Origin: Candidatus Latescibacterota bacterium
Lineage (GTDB): Bacteria > Latescibacterota > UBA2968 > UBA8231
Reading direction: 5' to 3'
Assembly (NCBI GenBank): GCA_965206595.1
Contig: OZ242214.1
Location: forward strand, 4,960,001 to 5,024,000
Length of the DNA stretch: 64,000 nucleotides
A program made the translations under genes and the position numbers. Below, one piece after another: positions 30,145 through 39,635 of this stretch; within the stretch, counting starts at the first letter, position 1; the number at the start of each line of letters is the position of its first letter. The notes under the pieces were generated by a model. It saw only the letters and a list, made by a program, of their open reading frames with translations, was not told the origin of the DNA and searched no databases.

Positions 30145-30990
30145 TCACACCCCGGAAGTTTCGAACCCCATTTCGACCAGGAATGCGACCATGCGCCGCA
30201 GCCGCGGGTTGTCGTTGTTGATGTAGGACTCGGCGGGATGGAAGCCGAACCTGTGTTGCGCGTAGAGCTCGCGCACCAGGTCGAGCTGTTCCTCCGTCCG
30301 GGGGTGGGCCACGAAGTTGACCGCGTGCTGGTGGCGCCCCGGTTTGCCGCCGAAGACCGCGTGCACCACGTCTTCGTGGAAGACGACCACGTCCCCCGGT
30401 TCGGTCTCCAGGGGCACGCACGGCACCTCCTCCGGGCGCAGCCCGAAGGGGCGGAAAGCGGGGTCGTTCCGGCGCTTGCGCAACAGCGCGAACGGATCGC
30501 TTTCCCCGACCCGATGGCTGCCGGGTATCACCCGCAGGCAACCGGTGTCCCGCGTCAGCGCCTGAGGATAGAAGGCGATCTTGATCTCGGGCAGAACCTG
30601 CGATGTGCGCCCGTTCCCTCCGTGCCACGGGGTGTCGCCGCCGTGCAGGTTTCCTTCGGTTCCATCGAGAAAGAAGTCGGGCCCGAGAAGGTCTTCCCCG
30701 CGGCCGTAGACGCGGTCGTCGGCAGGCAGCCGCGAGAGCAAGGGGCCGCGCTCGAAAAAGGGCTGGAGCGCCCGAGCGCCCGGATGGTCGACTCCCTCGG
30801 CGGCCATGACTTCCGCGGCCTCGCGTTGCAGGCTGCCCGCCTCCGAGGCGCTCAGCAGGCCCCGCAGCACCAGGTATCCGAAGACGTGCATGTGCTCCAA
30901 CTGACCCGGCGTGAGCAGGGTCAGGCCGTCGCTCACCCCGCGCGACACCGGGGGAAGATCTTCCGCGTGAACCTGTTCGCCCGTCGACAT
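30145..30990 (-). CDS. PhyH-family Fe(II)/2-oxoglutarate oxygenase with HxG in place of HxD
   Basis: FGYLVLRGLLS, GDTPWHGG, TGCLRVIPGSH, EPGDVVVFH..VVHA. Confidence 0.88.
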   Translation of the reverse strand: MSTGEQVHAEDLPPVSRGVSDGLTLLTPGQLEHMHVFGYLVLRGLLSASEAGSLQREAAEVMAAEGVDHPGARALQPFFERGPLLSRLPADDRVYGRGEDLLGPDFFLDGTEGNLHGGDTPWHGGNGRTSQVLPEIKIAFYPQALTRDTGCLRVIPGSHRVGESDPFALLRKRRNDPAFRPFGLRPEEVPCVPLETEPGDVVVFHEDVVHAVFGGKPGRHQHAVNFVAHPRTEEQLDLVRELYAQHRFGFHPAESYINNDNPRLRRMVAFLVEMGFETSGV

Positions 30991-31002
30991 CGACGCCCTC
31001 CT

Positions 31003-32475
31003 TCAGGGCTCCCCGGCACCGGCCCGCCGCGGTGCCGGAAAGGTTCCGTAGGTGACGATGACCTCCAGGTCTTCGACGGCGATCTCGGAACCGATGTTCT
31101 CCGGGCGTCCCTGCAACACCAGGGAGAGAACGTTCTCCCCCTGCCGCGGCCGCAGCGAGCGCAGGTCGAACGCCAGCCACTGTCCCATGTAGGGGTCGAC
31201 GGTATGAAGCGCGGAGCGAGTGCAGGTCTCGCCCGCCAGGGACACCCCGTTCAGGGATACCTCGAGCCTGTCCGCGCTCAACAGGTCGCTGACGCCGAGG
31301 CGCAGCGTCACCTCCTGCACCTGGGCATTCTCGAGGTCGTCGGCGACGTAGAACGGCAGCTGAAAGGATTTCCCGGCGTCGGCCTGGGGCAGTGCCAGGG
31401 GCAGGTGCGCCCGGTAGTCGTGCCCGCCCGCGGCTTCGCTCGTGCGCCGCAGGAAATAGTGCTTGTCCCCCTCGGCGACGAGGTCGGGATCCCCCAGCTC
31501 GGTCAGGGTGTTGCGCTCGCTCTCGCCAAGCGGCCAGGAAAGGAACCAGGTGTAGAGTCCGTCGGCCCCTCGCGCCCGGTTGTTGGCCGCAGCCGCCCGC
31601 ACCATGGCCGGGGAGGCGTTGGTCACACCGTGGAATTGCCTGCTGCCGTCGCTGTAGTACGGCTGCAGCATGGAGTAGACGGAAACGCCGTGGGCGTGCG
31701 CCGCCTCGACGAGCCAGTCCGTCGGCATGTGGGAATCGATGACGAAATAGACGTAGACGAGCGGCACGACGTAGTCGACGAGCCCCTCCTCGAGCCAGGC
31801 GCGCACGTCGAGGCCGGTCTTGAGGTTCAGCTCCTCGGTCGGGTAGACGCGGGCTCCCAGCTGGCCCGGGTTCCCGGGCCGCTGGCGCACCATGCGCGAG
31901 ATCCTGCGCACGTAATCGGTCATCAGCGGGGTGTGCTCCTCGACGTCCTCCGGCTGGAGCCAGAAGCTGGTACCGGCCGGTGCCGCGGCGAAATCGAGCT
32001 CGACCCCCTCCACCGGATAGCGGGTGGCCAGCTCTTCGAGGACGCCGAACTGGTGATCGCGCGTTTCCTCGTGCACGTAGCCGCGCCCGCCGCCGGGCAG
32101 CGTGAACGAGGGATCGAGCCCGGGGAAATCACCCATGCGCAGGCTGGCGAAGAAGTCCATCCCCTTCTCGTGGGCGCGGTCGACGAGTACTCCGAGCGGA
32201 TCGAGTCCGCGATCGATAAGGCTCTGCATGTTCTCCCAAACCCGCCAGTACGCCGCCATCGTCATCTTTTCGACGTCTTCGCCGAAGCGCCTCCCCTTCT
32301 CTGAGGGGTAGAACAGCCCGTCCCCCCGGCTGACGCCGTAGGCGAAGGTGTCGACCGCGGTGCCGGCCACCTCGTCGACAGGGGTCCAGGCGTCCTGCAT
32401 GCGCATGGGGGGCTCGAAAACGAACAGGTAGTAGTGGCGCGCGTCGTTGAAATAGATGGTGCGGGCACGTCGCAT
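31003..32475 (-). CDS. Glycoside-hydrolase-like TIM-barrel protein (paralog of 28493..30103)
   Basis: MRRARTIYFNDARH, FFASLRMG, VEGVELDF, GLDVRAWLEEGLVD, GADGLY. Confidence 0.75.
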   Translation of the reverse strand: MRRARTIYFNDARHYYLFVFEPPMRMQDAWTPVDEVAGTAVDTFAYGVSRGDGLFYPSEKGRRFGEDVEKMTMAAYWRVWENMQSLIDRGLDPLGVLVDRAHEKGMDFFASLRMGDFPGLDPSFTLPGGGRGYVHEETRDHQFGVLEELATRYPVEGVELDFAAAPAGTSFWLQPEDVEEHTPLMTDYVRRISRMVRQRPGNPGQLGARVYPTEELNLKTGLDVRAWLEEGLVDYVVPLVYVYFVIDSHMPTDWLVEAAHAHGVSVYSMLQPYYSDGSRQFHGVTNASPAMVRAAAANNRARGADGLYTWFLSWPLGESERNTLTELGDPDLVAEGDKHYFLRRTSEAAGGHDYRAHLPLALPQADAGKSFQLPFYVADDLENAQVQEVTLRLGVSDLLSADRLEVSLNGVSLAGETCTRSALHTVDPYMGQWLAFDLRSLRPRQGENVLSLVLQGRPENIGSEIAVEDLEVIVTYGTFPAPRRAGAGEP

Positions 32476-32518
32476 CTGGTCTCCTTTCAGGTCGGTGAAC
32501 GGGCTCCCCGGACGGCGC

Positions 32519-33095
32519 TCATTCCTCCACCGGAACGACGATCCCGCGCATGATAACGTTCTGACAGAACACGAAGATCGCGAATGTCGGCACCGCGGCA
32601 ACGATCAGCGACGCGAAGATCACCCCTTCGCCGCTGCGTTGCTGCAGCTGGTACAGCCACGGCATCAACGTCCACATCTCCTCTTCCTGACAGATCAGCA
32701 GGGCCATGATGAAATTGGAGTAGGCGCCGGTGAAAGCACCCAGGGCGATGACGGCGAGAATCGGCTGGCTGAGGCTCATGGTGATCTGCCAGAAAATGCG
32801 GAACTCCCCGGCCCCGTCGATCTCGGCGCTCTCGTAGAGCTCGCGCGGCAGCGAGTCGAAGAACCCCTTGAGCAGGAAGATGGAATAGCCGTTCGCCAGG
32901 CCGGGCAGGCACCGCGGCGACCTGGGCGCACGTGCGGGTGTCGGGATTGTTGGGATCGGGAAGCCCGTAGACCTCGACGTGAATGATGGTCTGCCCCCCG
33001 TTCCTTTCAATCCAGCCGGCTTCCGACGGAGGCGCTGCGAACAGGCAGACTTACAGGACCGGCAGCCAATGGGAAAAAGAACGCGGTGGCTTCAC
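32519..33095 (-). pseudogene. Collapsed carbohydrate ABC-transporter locus: N-terminal stub of an exported protein joined to the C-terminal part of a MalG-type permease
   Basis: FFDSLPRELYESAEIDGAGEFRIF (EAA loop) with no N-terminal half; upstream, in another frame, a signal peptide with an in-frame TAA followed by AGWIERNGGQTIIHVEVYGLPDPNN. Confidence 0.75.
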
Positions 33096-33202
33096 GATCT
33101 TTCGGGCAAACCCTGGTTCGGGCTGCCGCCGCAGGGGCGGCTTGCCAGGCACGCAATGGCCTGGACAGACAGCATGAGATGACGGCGCCACGGCGAAGCG
33201 CA

Positions 33203-36200
33203 CTACTCCTCCAACTCCCGAAGCCGCCGCAGCGCGATGCCGGTTTGCCGCATGCCCGGGTCGAGGGCCGCCGCGGTCTCCAGCGCGCGAACGGCATCCG
33301 CCTTGCGCCCCAGTTCGGCATACGAGCGCCCGAGGTTCAGGTGGGCGCGCGCCAGATCGGGGCGCAGGCGCACCGCCCGCTCCAGCACCTCGACCGCGCG
33401 CTCCTGGTCTCCCGTCTGGTGGTAGGCGCGCCCGAGATCGTTCAGGGCCGTGAACAAGGTCGAATCGAGGGCGCAGGCGCGCTCGTATTCCGCGATTGCA
33501 AAGGCCAGCCGGCCCTGCTGGTGGTGAGCCCCTCCCAGTCCGTAGTGGGCCATGGCATATCCGAGTTCCAGTCGAAGGGCGCGTTCGAAGGCGGACTGCG
33601 CCTCGCCGCCCCGCTGTTGCATCAGGTAAGTGCGCCCGACGAGGAAGTGCAGCTCCGGGTCGTTGGGCAATGTCCGCAACCCCTCGCGGTAGCGGTCGAG
33701 GCGATCCTGGAGCGGCCGCCAGTGCTCGAACTGCCGCCTCGCCGCGCGCGCCTGCTCGGGACGCCCCAGCCGATCGTACAGCCGGGCGAGATGCGCGTAG
33801 GGATAGGACGCGAAAGGAGCTGCGGCAACCGCTGACTCGAATGCTTCCGCGGCCGCGGAGATGTCCTGCCGGCGCAGGTGAGCCACCCCGAGGCGGTTCC
33901 GGATTTTCCAGTCCCCGGGGGCGAGTTGCAGCGCCCGTTCGAGGTCGCCGATGGCGCCCTCCGCATCGTTGAGACTCAGCCTTATCGCTCCCAGGAGATG
34001 AAAGACCTCGGCCTCGGCGGCGCCCCGGGCGACGGCCTGCTCCAGCACCGCGAGGGCTTCCCGGCTCTGTCCCAGCCCGGAGTAAAGGGTCACTGCCAGC
34101 GAATAGTAGGGCTCGATGTTATGGGGACGCTGGCGCACCGCCTGCCGCAGAAGCGGCACTGCCTCGCGGTAGCGGGCAGCTTCGTGCAACTCGACGCCGC
34201 GCAGGAAGTTCTCCTCGGCGGTGGACTCTTCAGTCGATGGCCCCGGAGCCGCAGCTGGGTCGGTGCCCGCCCTCGCCGTCTCTTCTCCTCTCGCGGCATA
34301 GGCACCGGGCTCCCTTTTGCCGGCCCCGAACGCTTCTCGCGCTACCGGAGCCGGAACCGCCGGGACGATGCCTGCAAGCTTTTGTGACAGACCAGTTGCC
34401 GGAGCGGGAGTCTCCGCCGGGGCGGTGTCCGGGAACTCCTGCGGTACACCCGTGACCGCCTCCGCCCCTCCGTAGACCGCAACCGGCTCATCGCTGCCTT
34501 CGCGCACCTTGATGTACTGGCGAACGCCTGCAGCTTTCATGGTCTGGCTGCCGCCCGACGGCCAGCGGATATGCACCTTTTCCACCTGCGACGCCGACCC
34601 CAGCCCGAACAGCAGCCTGCCGTCGTTCTGCGACTGGTAGCCGTAGCCGCGCCGCACCTCCTGCACCTGGGTGCGGCCGCCTGCCGTCACGCTCACCCGG
34701 GCGCCGATTCCGTCGCGGTTGCCGGCGGTTCCCTCCAGCTCGATGCCGAGCCAGGCGTTGGCGTTGCCCCCCTCGTTGCGCAGCAGGGTCGGTCTGTCGT
34801 TAAGGTTCACCACCAGCAGGTCGACGTCGCCGTCGTTGTCGTAGTCGCCGAAGGCGCCTCCCCTGCTCACCCTGGTTTCCGCAAGCGCGGATCCGGACTC
34901 CGTCCCCGCCTCGCGGAATCGTCCTCCGCGGTTCCAGTAGAGCAGGTTGCGCTGGGGGTAGCGCAGGCCGGTGGGATGGATCTCCAGCTGGGGATACAGG
35001 TGGCCGTTGGCGACGAAAAGGTCCTGCCAGCCGTCGTTGTCGGCATCGAACAAGGCGGTGCTCCAACCCAGGAGCGGGCGTACCGATCCTGTCAACCCGG
35101 AGGCTGCGGTGGCGTCTTCGAAGGTTCCGTCTCCCAGGTTGCGGTAAAGCGTGTTCACGTCGTCGGAGAAATTGGTCACCAAAAGGTCGAGGTCCCCGTC
35201 GTTGTCCACATCGCCGAAGTCCACCCCCATCCCTGCCTGGGACCGGCCCTCTTCGCTGTACGCCACTCCCGCCAGGGCGGCTGTTTCGCGAAGGGCCCAA
35301 CCGCCGTCGTTGCGCCACAGCAGGTTGGGCTCCGAGTCGTTGGCGACGTACAGGTCCTGGTCCCCGTCGTCGTCATAGTCGGCAAAGACGACGCCGAGGG
35401 CCGGCAGCCAATGACGGTCGATGCCGGCGGCAGCGCTGAGGTCCTCGAAACGGCCGTCCCCAAGGTTTCGGTACAGAAGGTCCGGCTGCCCCGGTATCCC
35501 CATGGGCCCGCAGAACCCCTCCAGCCCCTTGTACCCGGTGCACGGCCTGCCTTCGTTGGGCGGGTTTTCCAGGTCGAACTCGAGGTAGTTGGCCACGTAC
35601 AGATCGAGCAAACCGTCCGCATCCAGATCGCCGAATGCGGCGCTGGTGCTCCATGACTCGTCCGCGACCCCGGCAGCCGCTGCCTGCTCCTCGAATCTCC
35701 CGTCGCCGCGGTTTCGATACAGTCGGTTCGCGCCCCAATAGGTGACGTACAGATCGACGTCCCCGTCGTTGTCGTAATCGGCGACGGCGCATCCCATGCC
35801 CCAACCGCGTCCGCCTGCTCCGGCCTCAGCGGTGACATCGGCGAAACGACGGTCGTCCGGCCCCGCCGCTTCGTTTCGGTACAGCCGGCTTCTGCTCTCC
35901 GGCGACACCTCCCCTCGCCGGACCCCGTTGACGAGGTACAGATCGAGGTAACCGTCCGCGTCGTAGTCCAGGAAAGCGGCCCCGCCCCCCATGGTCTCGA
36001 TGATGAAGTGCTGGTCCCCGTCGCCCGACACGTGAAGGAAATCGATCCCGGAGCCGCCGGTTTCGTCGACGAAGCGTACGCCGCTGCCGGGAGCGACTGC
36101 CGGGGCGGACTCGACGACATGGCCTGCTGATTCCTCGCCGTCATCCGTTGCGCGAGGGGTGCAGCCGGCCGCGAAAGCAAGGCCTACCGCCAACAATACC

Positions 36201-36244
36201 CTGCCTCCAGGGCCCCTCGACATCATGGGCAGGCTTCTTGACAA
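33203..36244 (-). CDS. Lipoprotein: FG-GAP/CRTAC1 + ASPIC/UnbV domain fused to C-terminal TPRs
   Basis: Lipobox AAGC; DYDNDGDVDL repeats; NRDGIGARV...LFGLG...RWPSG; Pro/Ala linker; multiple TPR units. Confidence 0.9.
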   Translation of the reverse strand: MSRSLPMMSRGPGGRVLLAVGLAFAAGCTPRATDDGEESAGHVVESAPAVAPGSGVRFVDETGGSGIDFLHVSGDGDQHFIIETMGGGAAFLDYDADGYLDLYLVNGVRRGEVSPESRSRLYRNEAAGPDDRRFADVTAEAGAGGRGWGMGCAVADYDNDGDVDLYVTYWGANRLYRNRGDGRFEEQAAAAGVADESWSTSAAFGDLDADGLLDLYVANYLEFDLENPPNEGRPCTGYKGLEGFCGPMGIPGQPDLLYRNLGDGRFEDLSAAAGIDRHWLPALGVVFADYDDDGDQDLYVANDSEPNLLWRNDGGWALRETAALAGVAYSEEGRSQAGMGVDFGDVDNDGDLDLLVTNFSDDVNTLYRNLGDGTFEDATAASGLTGSVRPLLGWSTALFDADNDGWQDLFVANGHLYPQLEIHPTGLRYPQRNLLYWNRGGRFREAGTESGSALAETRVSRGGAFGDYDNDGDVDLLVVNLNDRPTLLRNEGGNANAWLGIELEGTAGNRDGIGARVSVTAGGRTQVQEVRRGYGYQSQNDGRLLFGLGSASQVEKVHIRWPSGGSQTMKAAGVRQYIKVREGSDEPVAVYGGAEAVTGVPQEFPDTAPAETPAPATGLSQKLAGIVPAVPAPVAREAFGAGKREPGAYAARGEETARAGTDPAAAPGPSTEESTAEENFLRGVELHEAARYREAVPLLRQAVRQRPHNIEPYYSLAVTLYSGLGQSREALAVLEQAVARGAAEAEVFHLLGAIRLSLNDAEGAIGDLERALQLAPGDWKIRNRLGVAHLRRQDISAAAEAFESAVAAAPFASYPYAHLARLYDRLGRPEQARAARRQFEHWRPLQDRLDRYREGLRTLPNDPELHFLVGRTYLMQQRGGEAQSAFERALRLELGYAMAHYGLGGAHHQQGRLAFAIAEYERACALDSTLFTALNDLGRAYHQTGDQERAVEVLERAVRLRPDLARAHLNLGRSYAELGRKADAVRALETAAALDPGMRQTGIALRRLRELEE

Positions 36245-36304
36245 TCGCTGCGGGACTGGCGTAACATCGCGGGCGAATTCACACCTCTATCGCGGAGTTG
36301 TACG

Positions 36305-38428
36305 ATGGTACGGGCACGCGGCTTGTGCCGGCTGACGGCACCGTTGTTCGGTCTACTCGTGGCCACTTCTCACTTGGCCGCGGAGGTGCGAACGATTGCG
36401 ATCGGCGAGGAGGGAGATCTGACTTGGCAAGGGCAGGGAACGGCGCCTGTGGAGGCCATCCTTCCCGCCCTCACACGGTCCCGCGACGATCCCAACGACC
36501 TGGTGCAGGGCAACACCCCGGGCAACCTGCTCGAGCTCGACAGCGACCGGGTCCCGGGCAGCATGCATCTGGTGGAAGTGGTCCCCGGCGAGAACGTCGC
36601 CTCCACGGCACTCTCCCGGGGCGGCTATATCAACGCCCCCAACGTCTTCGGCGAGAGCGAGGGCTTCGGCTTCGCCGGCGGGTTGGACCGCAACAAGCTG
36701 CAGAACTTCATCCTGCCGGAGCTGCTCGACCAGACCGAAGGGGGGGGCGAGCTCGAGGCTTTCGAGCGCAAGAACGTCCCGAACGGGGTCTTCGGGATAA
36801 TCATCGTCCTCGACCTCGGCAGCCGCATCGGCCTGAACAAGATACGGTTCTATCCCCGCAACACGGTACAGCCCTCGCCTACGACCCCGTTCGAGGACGA
36901 CTACCTGCGGGCATTCGACCTGCTGGTCAACGACGGGCTGCTACTGACCGACGAGGGAAACCCGGTGTGGAGGGAGCTGGTTTCCGAGTCCGACAATCCC
37001 GACCCGGTGGTTGAAATCGACATCGTCCCCCCCCAGATCCTGCAGCACATCCGTCTGCAGTCGAAAACTCCCATAAACTGGGAAATCGATGAACTCGAGA
37101 TCTACGGCGAGGGGTTCTTCGCCACCGGTCGATACCTGTCCGACATTTTCGACGCCGGCGAACCGGTCGCCTGGACCAATCTGCGTTGGACAGAGGAGAT
37201 CGTCGGCCAACCCGAGCACTCCTCCCTGGAAATACGCACCCGCACCGGCATCGACGACTCCCCGTTCGTCTTTACCCGCAAGCTCAACGCCATATCGGAT
37301 GCCGAAGAAATCCCGTTCGCCATCAACAGCACGACCGAGGAGATGGATCTCGAGGGGTACGAAAACCTGCCCCCGACGGACGACCAGGGACGGCAATGGG
37401 AGCGCGGAAACATCCTCGACGACCTCGTCAACTGGAGCCCGATCAGTTCACCCTACCCGGCAACAGCCGCGAATGGTCCGGGAACTCCCGTCATTTCCCC
37501 CAGTCCGCGGCGCTACTTCCAGTTCGAAGTCGCCTTTCACAGCAGCGATCTCGAGTCCGCACGCCTGTTGGAAACCCTGAACATCGACTTCGCCACACCG
37601 CCCCTGGCCGATTCCGTCAAGGCCGAGATCTTCCCCAGGGAAGCTGAAGTTTCGCGGATCGTCGATTTCACCTATTCCGTCCTCGCCGTCATCCGATCCG
37701 CCGGCTTGACGGGGTTCGATACCATGGAAATAACCACACCTTCCCGGGTGAGGAGCATCGACTCCATCGAATTGCGGGACGCTGACGACGTACGCATCGG
37801 CGGGCGCCAATTCACTAGTCTGGAAGACACTTCCGACGTCGACGGTTACAAGATCCTGGGGGTTTCCGAAGACCGTTTTTCCCTGCGATTCCCGCAGATT
37901 CGCGAGAACCATACCCGGGTGGTGATTCGGTTCAAATCGCAGGTTTTGACCTACAGCACCAATTTCGGAGGTGCCGTTCGACTCTCCACTGCGACAAATG
38001 CCTTTCAGGCCCTCACCCCTGGAAATGCCGCGCTTCTGGGGGAAGGGGACGATGCGGACGAATCCGGCACAACCGTGTTGAGTCCAGGAGTCCTTTTGAG
38101 GACGCGCCTGCTCGACGGAATCGTGATGCAGCCGAACCCGTTTTCTCCCAACGGGGACGGCGTAAACGATCGCCTGAGCCTCTTCTACAGCCTGCTGGCC
38201 ATAACCGCCCCGACACCGGTGTCGATAAAGGTCCACGATCTCAGCGGACGTACCGTCGCCGTCATCCACGATGCCGAGCAGGTCAGCGGAAACTACAGCG
38301 ACATATCCTGGGATGGACGCGGGCTGTCCGGAGCCTTGGTGCCGCCGGGCCTGTACCTTGTGCGGATCGAAGTAGTGGGGGATGCGGAAGGGGCTCAGTT
38401 CTCCCGGGTGGTATCGCTGACTTACTGA
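36305..38428 (+). CDS. Secreted discoidin-like protein with type-B-CTD/FlgD-like tail (paralog family member 1)
   Basis: Signal peptide; LDLG...IRFYPR, WEIDELEIYGEG, IRTRTG, AEIFP, PNPFSPNGDGVND...WDGR...PPGLY...terminal Y. Confidence 0.85.
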   Translation: MVRARGLCRLTAPLFGLLVATSHLAAEVRTIAIGEEGDLTWQGQGTAPVEAILPALTRSRDDPNDLVQGNTPGNLLELDSDRVPGSMHLVEVVPGENVASTALSRGGYINAPNVFGESEGFGFAGGLDRNKLQNFILPELLDQTEGGGELEAFERKNVPNGVFGIIIVLDLGSRIGLNKIRFYPRNTVQPSPTTPFEDDYLRAFDLLVNDGLLLTDEGNPVWRELVSESDNPDPVVEIDIVPPQILQHIRLQSKTPINWEIDELEIYGEGFFATGRYLSDIFDAGEPVAWTNLRWTEEIVGQPEHSSLEIRTRTGIDDSPFVFTRKLNAISDAEEIPFAINSTTEEMDLEGYENLPPTDDQGRQWERGNILDDLVNWSPISSPYPATAANGPGTPVISPSPRRYFQFEVAFHSSDLESARLLETLNIDFATPPLADSVKAEIFPREAEVSRIVDFTYSVLAVIRSAGLTGFDTMEITTPSRVRSIDSIELRDADDVRIGGRQFTSLEDTSDVDGYKILGVSEDRFSLRFPQIRENHTRVVIRFKSQVLTYSTNFGGAVRLSTATNAFQALTPGNAALLGEGDDADESGTTVLSPGVLLRTRLLDGIVMQPNPFSPNGDGVNDRLSLFYSLLAITAPTPVSIKVHDLSGRTVAVIHDAEQVSGNYSDISWDGRGLSGALVPPGLYLVRIEVVGDAEGAQFSRVVSLTY

Positions 38429-38487
38429 TTCAACTCGGCCGCCGAAATGCCGGGCGGTGGCTTCCGACCTGCCCACCACACCATACC

Positions 38488-38522
38488 AAAAAAGCCCCCG
38501 GTGTCCACGACACCGGGGGCTT
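38488..38522 (-). terminator. Intrinsic terminator between convergent genes
   Basis: 14-bp stem AAGCCCCCGGTGTC-CAC-GACACCGGGGGCTT with an A-run on the + strand (U-tail on -). Confidence 0.85.
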
Positions 38523-38574
38523 GGAACCTTTTGCCTGAAAGCGCGTTGCCGCTCCAGGCAGGGGGTTTGCGGTT

Positions 38575-39456
38575 TTACTTGGAAAGCCCTGACTTGATCA
38601 GGCCCCAGCTGGATCTTTCGACTGCGGTTGGCATCTGGTCGACACTGGCATCGATCTCATCCATGACCAGGTCGACTTCCGGATTGTTCGAAGGGCCGGG
38701 GGAAATCGCCCAGAAACCGTTGTAGGTCGCCGGGTGAGGAGCATCGAGGTCGGCATGAGTGATGTTGACGTGGATTTCCTCACCCTCCTCGATATCCATC
38801 CACACGGTTTCTTCCGCGGTCTCGCCGAGAGCGACCACGGGATGGAGTTTCATCTCGAGGAAATAGGTGGTTTCCCCATCCAGCATCTCGCCGTCCCAGC
38901 TCCAGCCGAACTCCAGGTGGCCGTTGCCGTTCAGTATGAACTCCGGGCCCGGAAGAATGACCTCGTACACATCCTGAACCGCCGGAACCGCATGGACGTA
39001 GGTAATGAAGTTTTGCGGCTCCCCTTCAGGGTTGTGCTGGTCTTCGGGAAGGGCGGTGGGATTGATGCGGACCTCCCAGTCATCGTCCGTCCACAGCGAA
39101 TTGGGCGATTCGCGGTCGGCGTTGTGGTAGTTGTCGTACTGCGACGTCGAGACGTAGAGGAACTCGTCGTTGGGGTTGAAGCCGAAGGTGTGCGTGTTGA
39201 AGATATCGCTCGGGTCGAATTCGCCGCGGCCGACGTCGCGAATGCCCTTGTTCGGCGAAAACAGCTTGTCCTGGGTGATCCGGTAGAAATCGGGGACGAA
39301 AGCCCAGTCGGACAGATCGCCGTCGATTACCGGCACCGCTCCGTCTTCGAACTGAAAGGCGAAGTACTTCTCCCCTTCCGGTTTGTGCGCTCCTGCCATG
39401 CCGGCCAAGCCAACGACAACCAGACCCGCAATAGCTGCGATAGTGAATCTATGCAC
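38575..39456 (-). CDS. Secreted CBM9/DOMON-like protein with C-terminal TAVExxSWGxIK tail
   Basis: RBS GGGAGG then GTG 39456; signal peptide; PVIDGDLSDW, LYV...YD, W.DD.WE motifs; ends PTAVERSSWGLIKSGLSK. Confidence 0.75.
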   Translation of the reverse strand: MHRFTIAAIAGLVVVGLAGMAGAHKPEGEKYFAFQFEDGAVPVIDGDLSDWAFVPDFYRITQDKLFSPNKGIRDVGRGEFDPSDIFNTHTFGFNPNDEFLYVSTSQYDNYHNADRESPNSLWTDDDWEVRINPTALPEDQHNPEGEPQNFITYVHAVPAVQDVYEVILPGPEFILNGNGHLEFGWSWDGEMLDGETTYFLEMKLHPVVALGETAEETVWMDIEEGEEIHVNITHADLDAPHPATYNGFWAISPGPSNNPEVDLVMDEIDASVDQMPTAVERSSWGLIKSGLSK

Positions 39457-39635
39457 TTTGCAATCCTCCCTTATGTAGGTGAGAGCACCAGCGAAAGAAC
39501 TGTCGCGGTTGGAATAATCGCGACTGAACGAATTAATGAGAGAAAACAGCACTTGGAAGTCAAGGATAATATCTCCGCAGTCCGGCTGCCATATGATACA
39601 TCCCAACTCGGTGGGATTCAGATACTTCTGCGACT

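Noticed and set aside
30104-31180. N-terminal extension making an 895-aa GH-like ORF
   Set aside because: It overlaps the PhyH gene out of frame; credible sequence begins at MTDKECR (30103).
978-36244. Recurrent GTCGTTGTCGTA-like DNA repeats as a possible CRISPR or DGR signal
   Set aside because: They encode the DxDNDG FG-GAP motifs; spacing is irregular and no cas or reverse-transcriptase gene was found.
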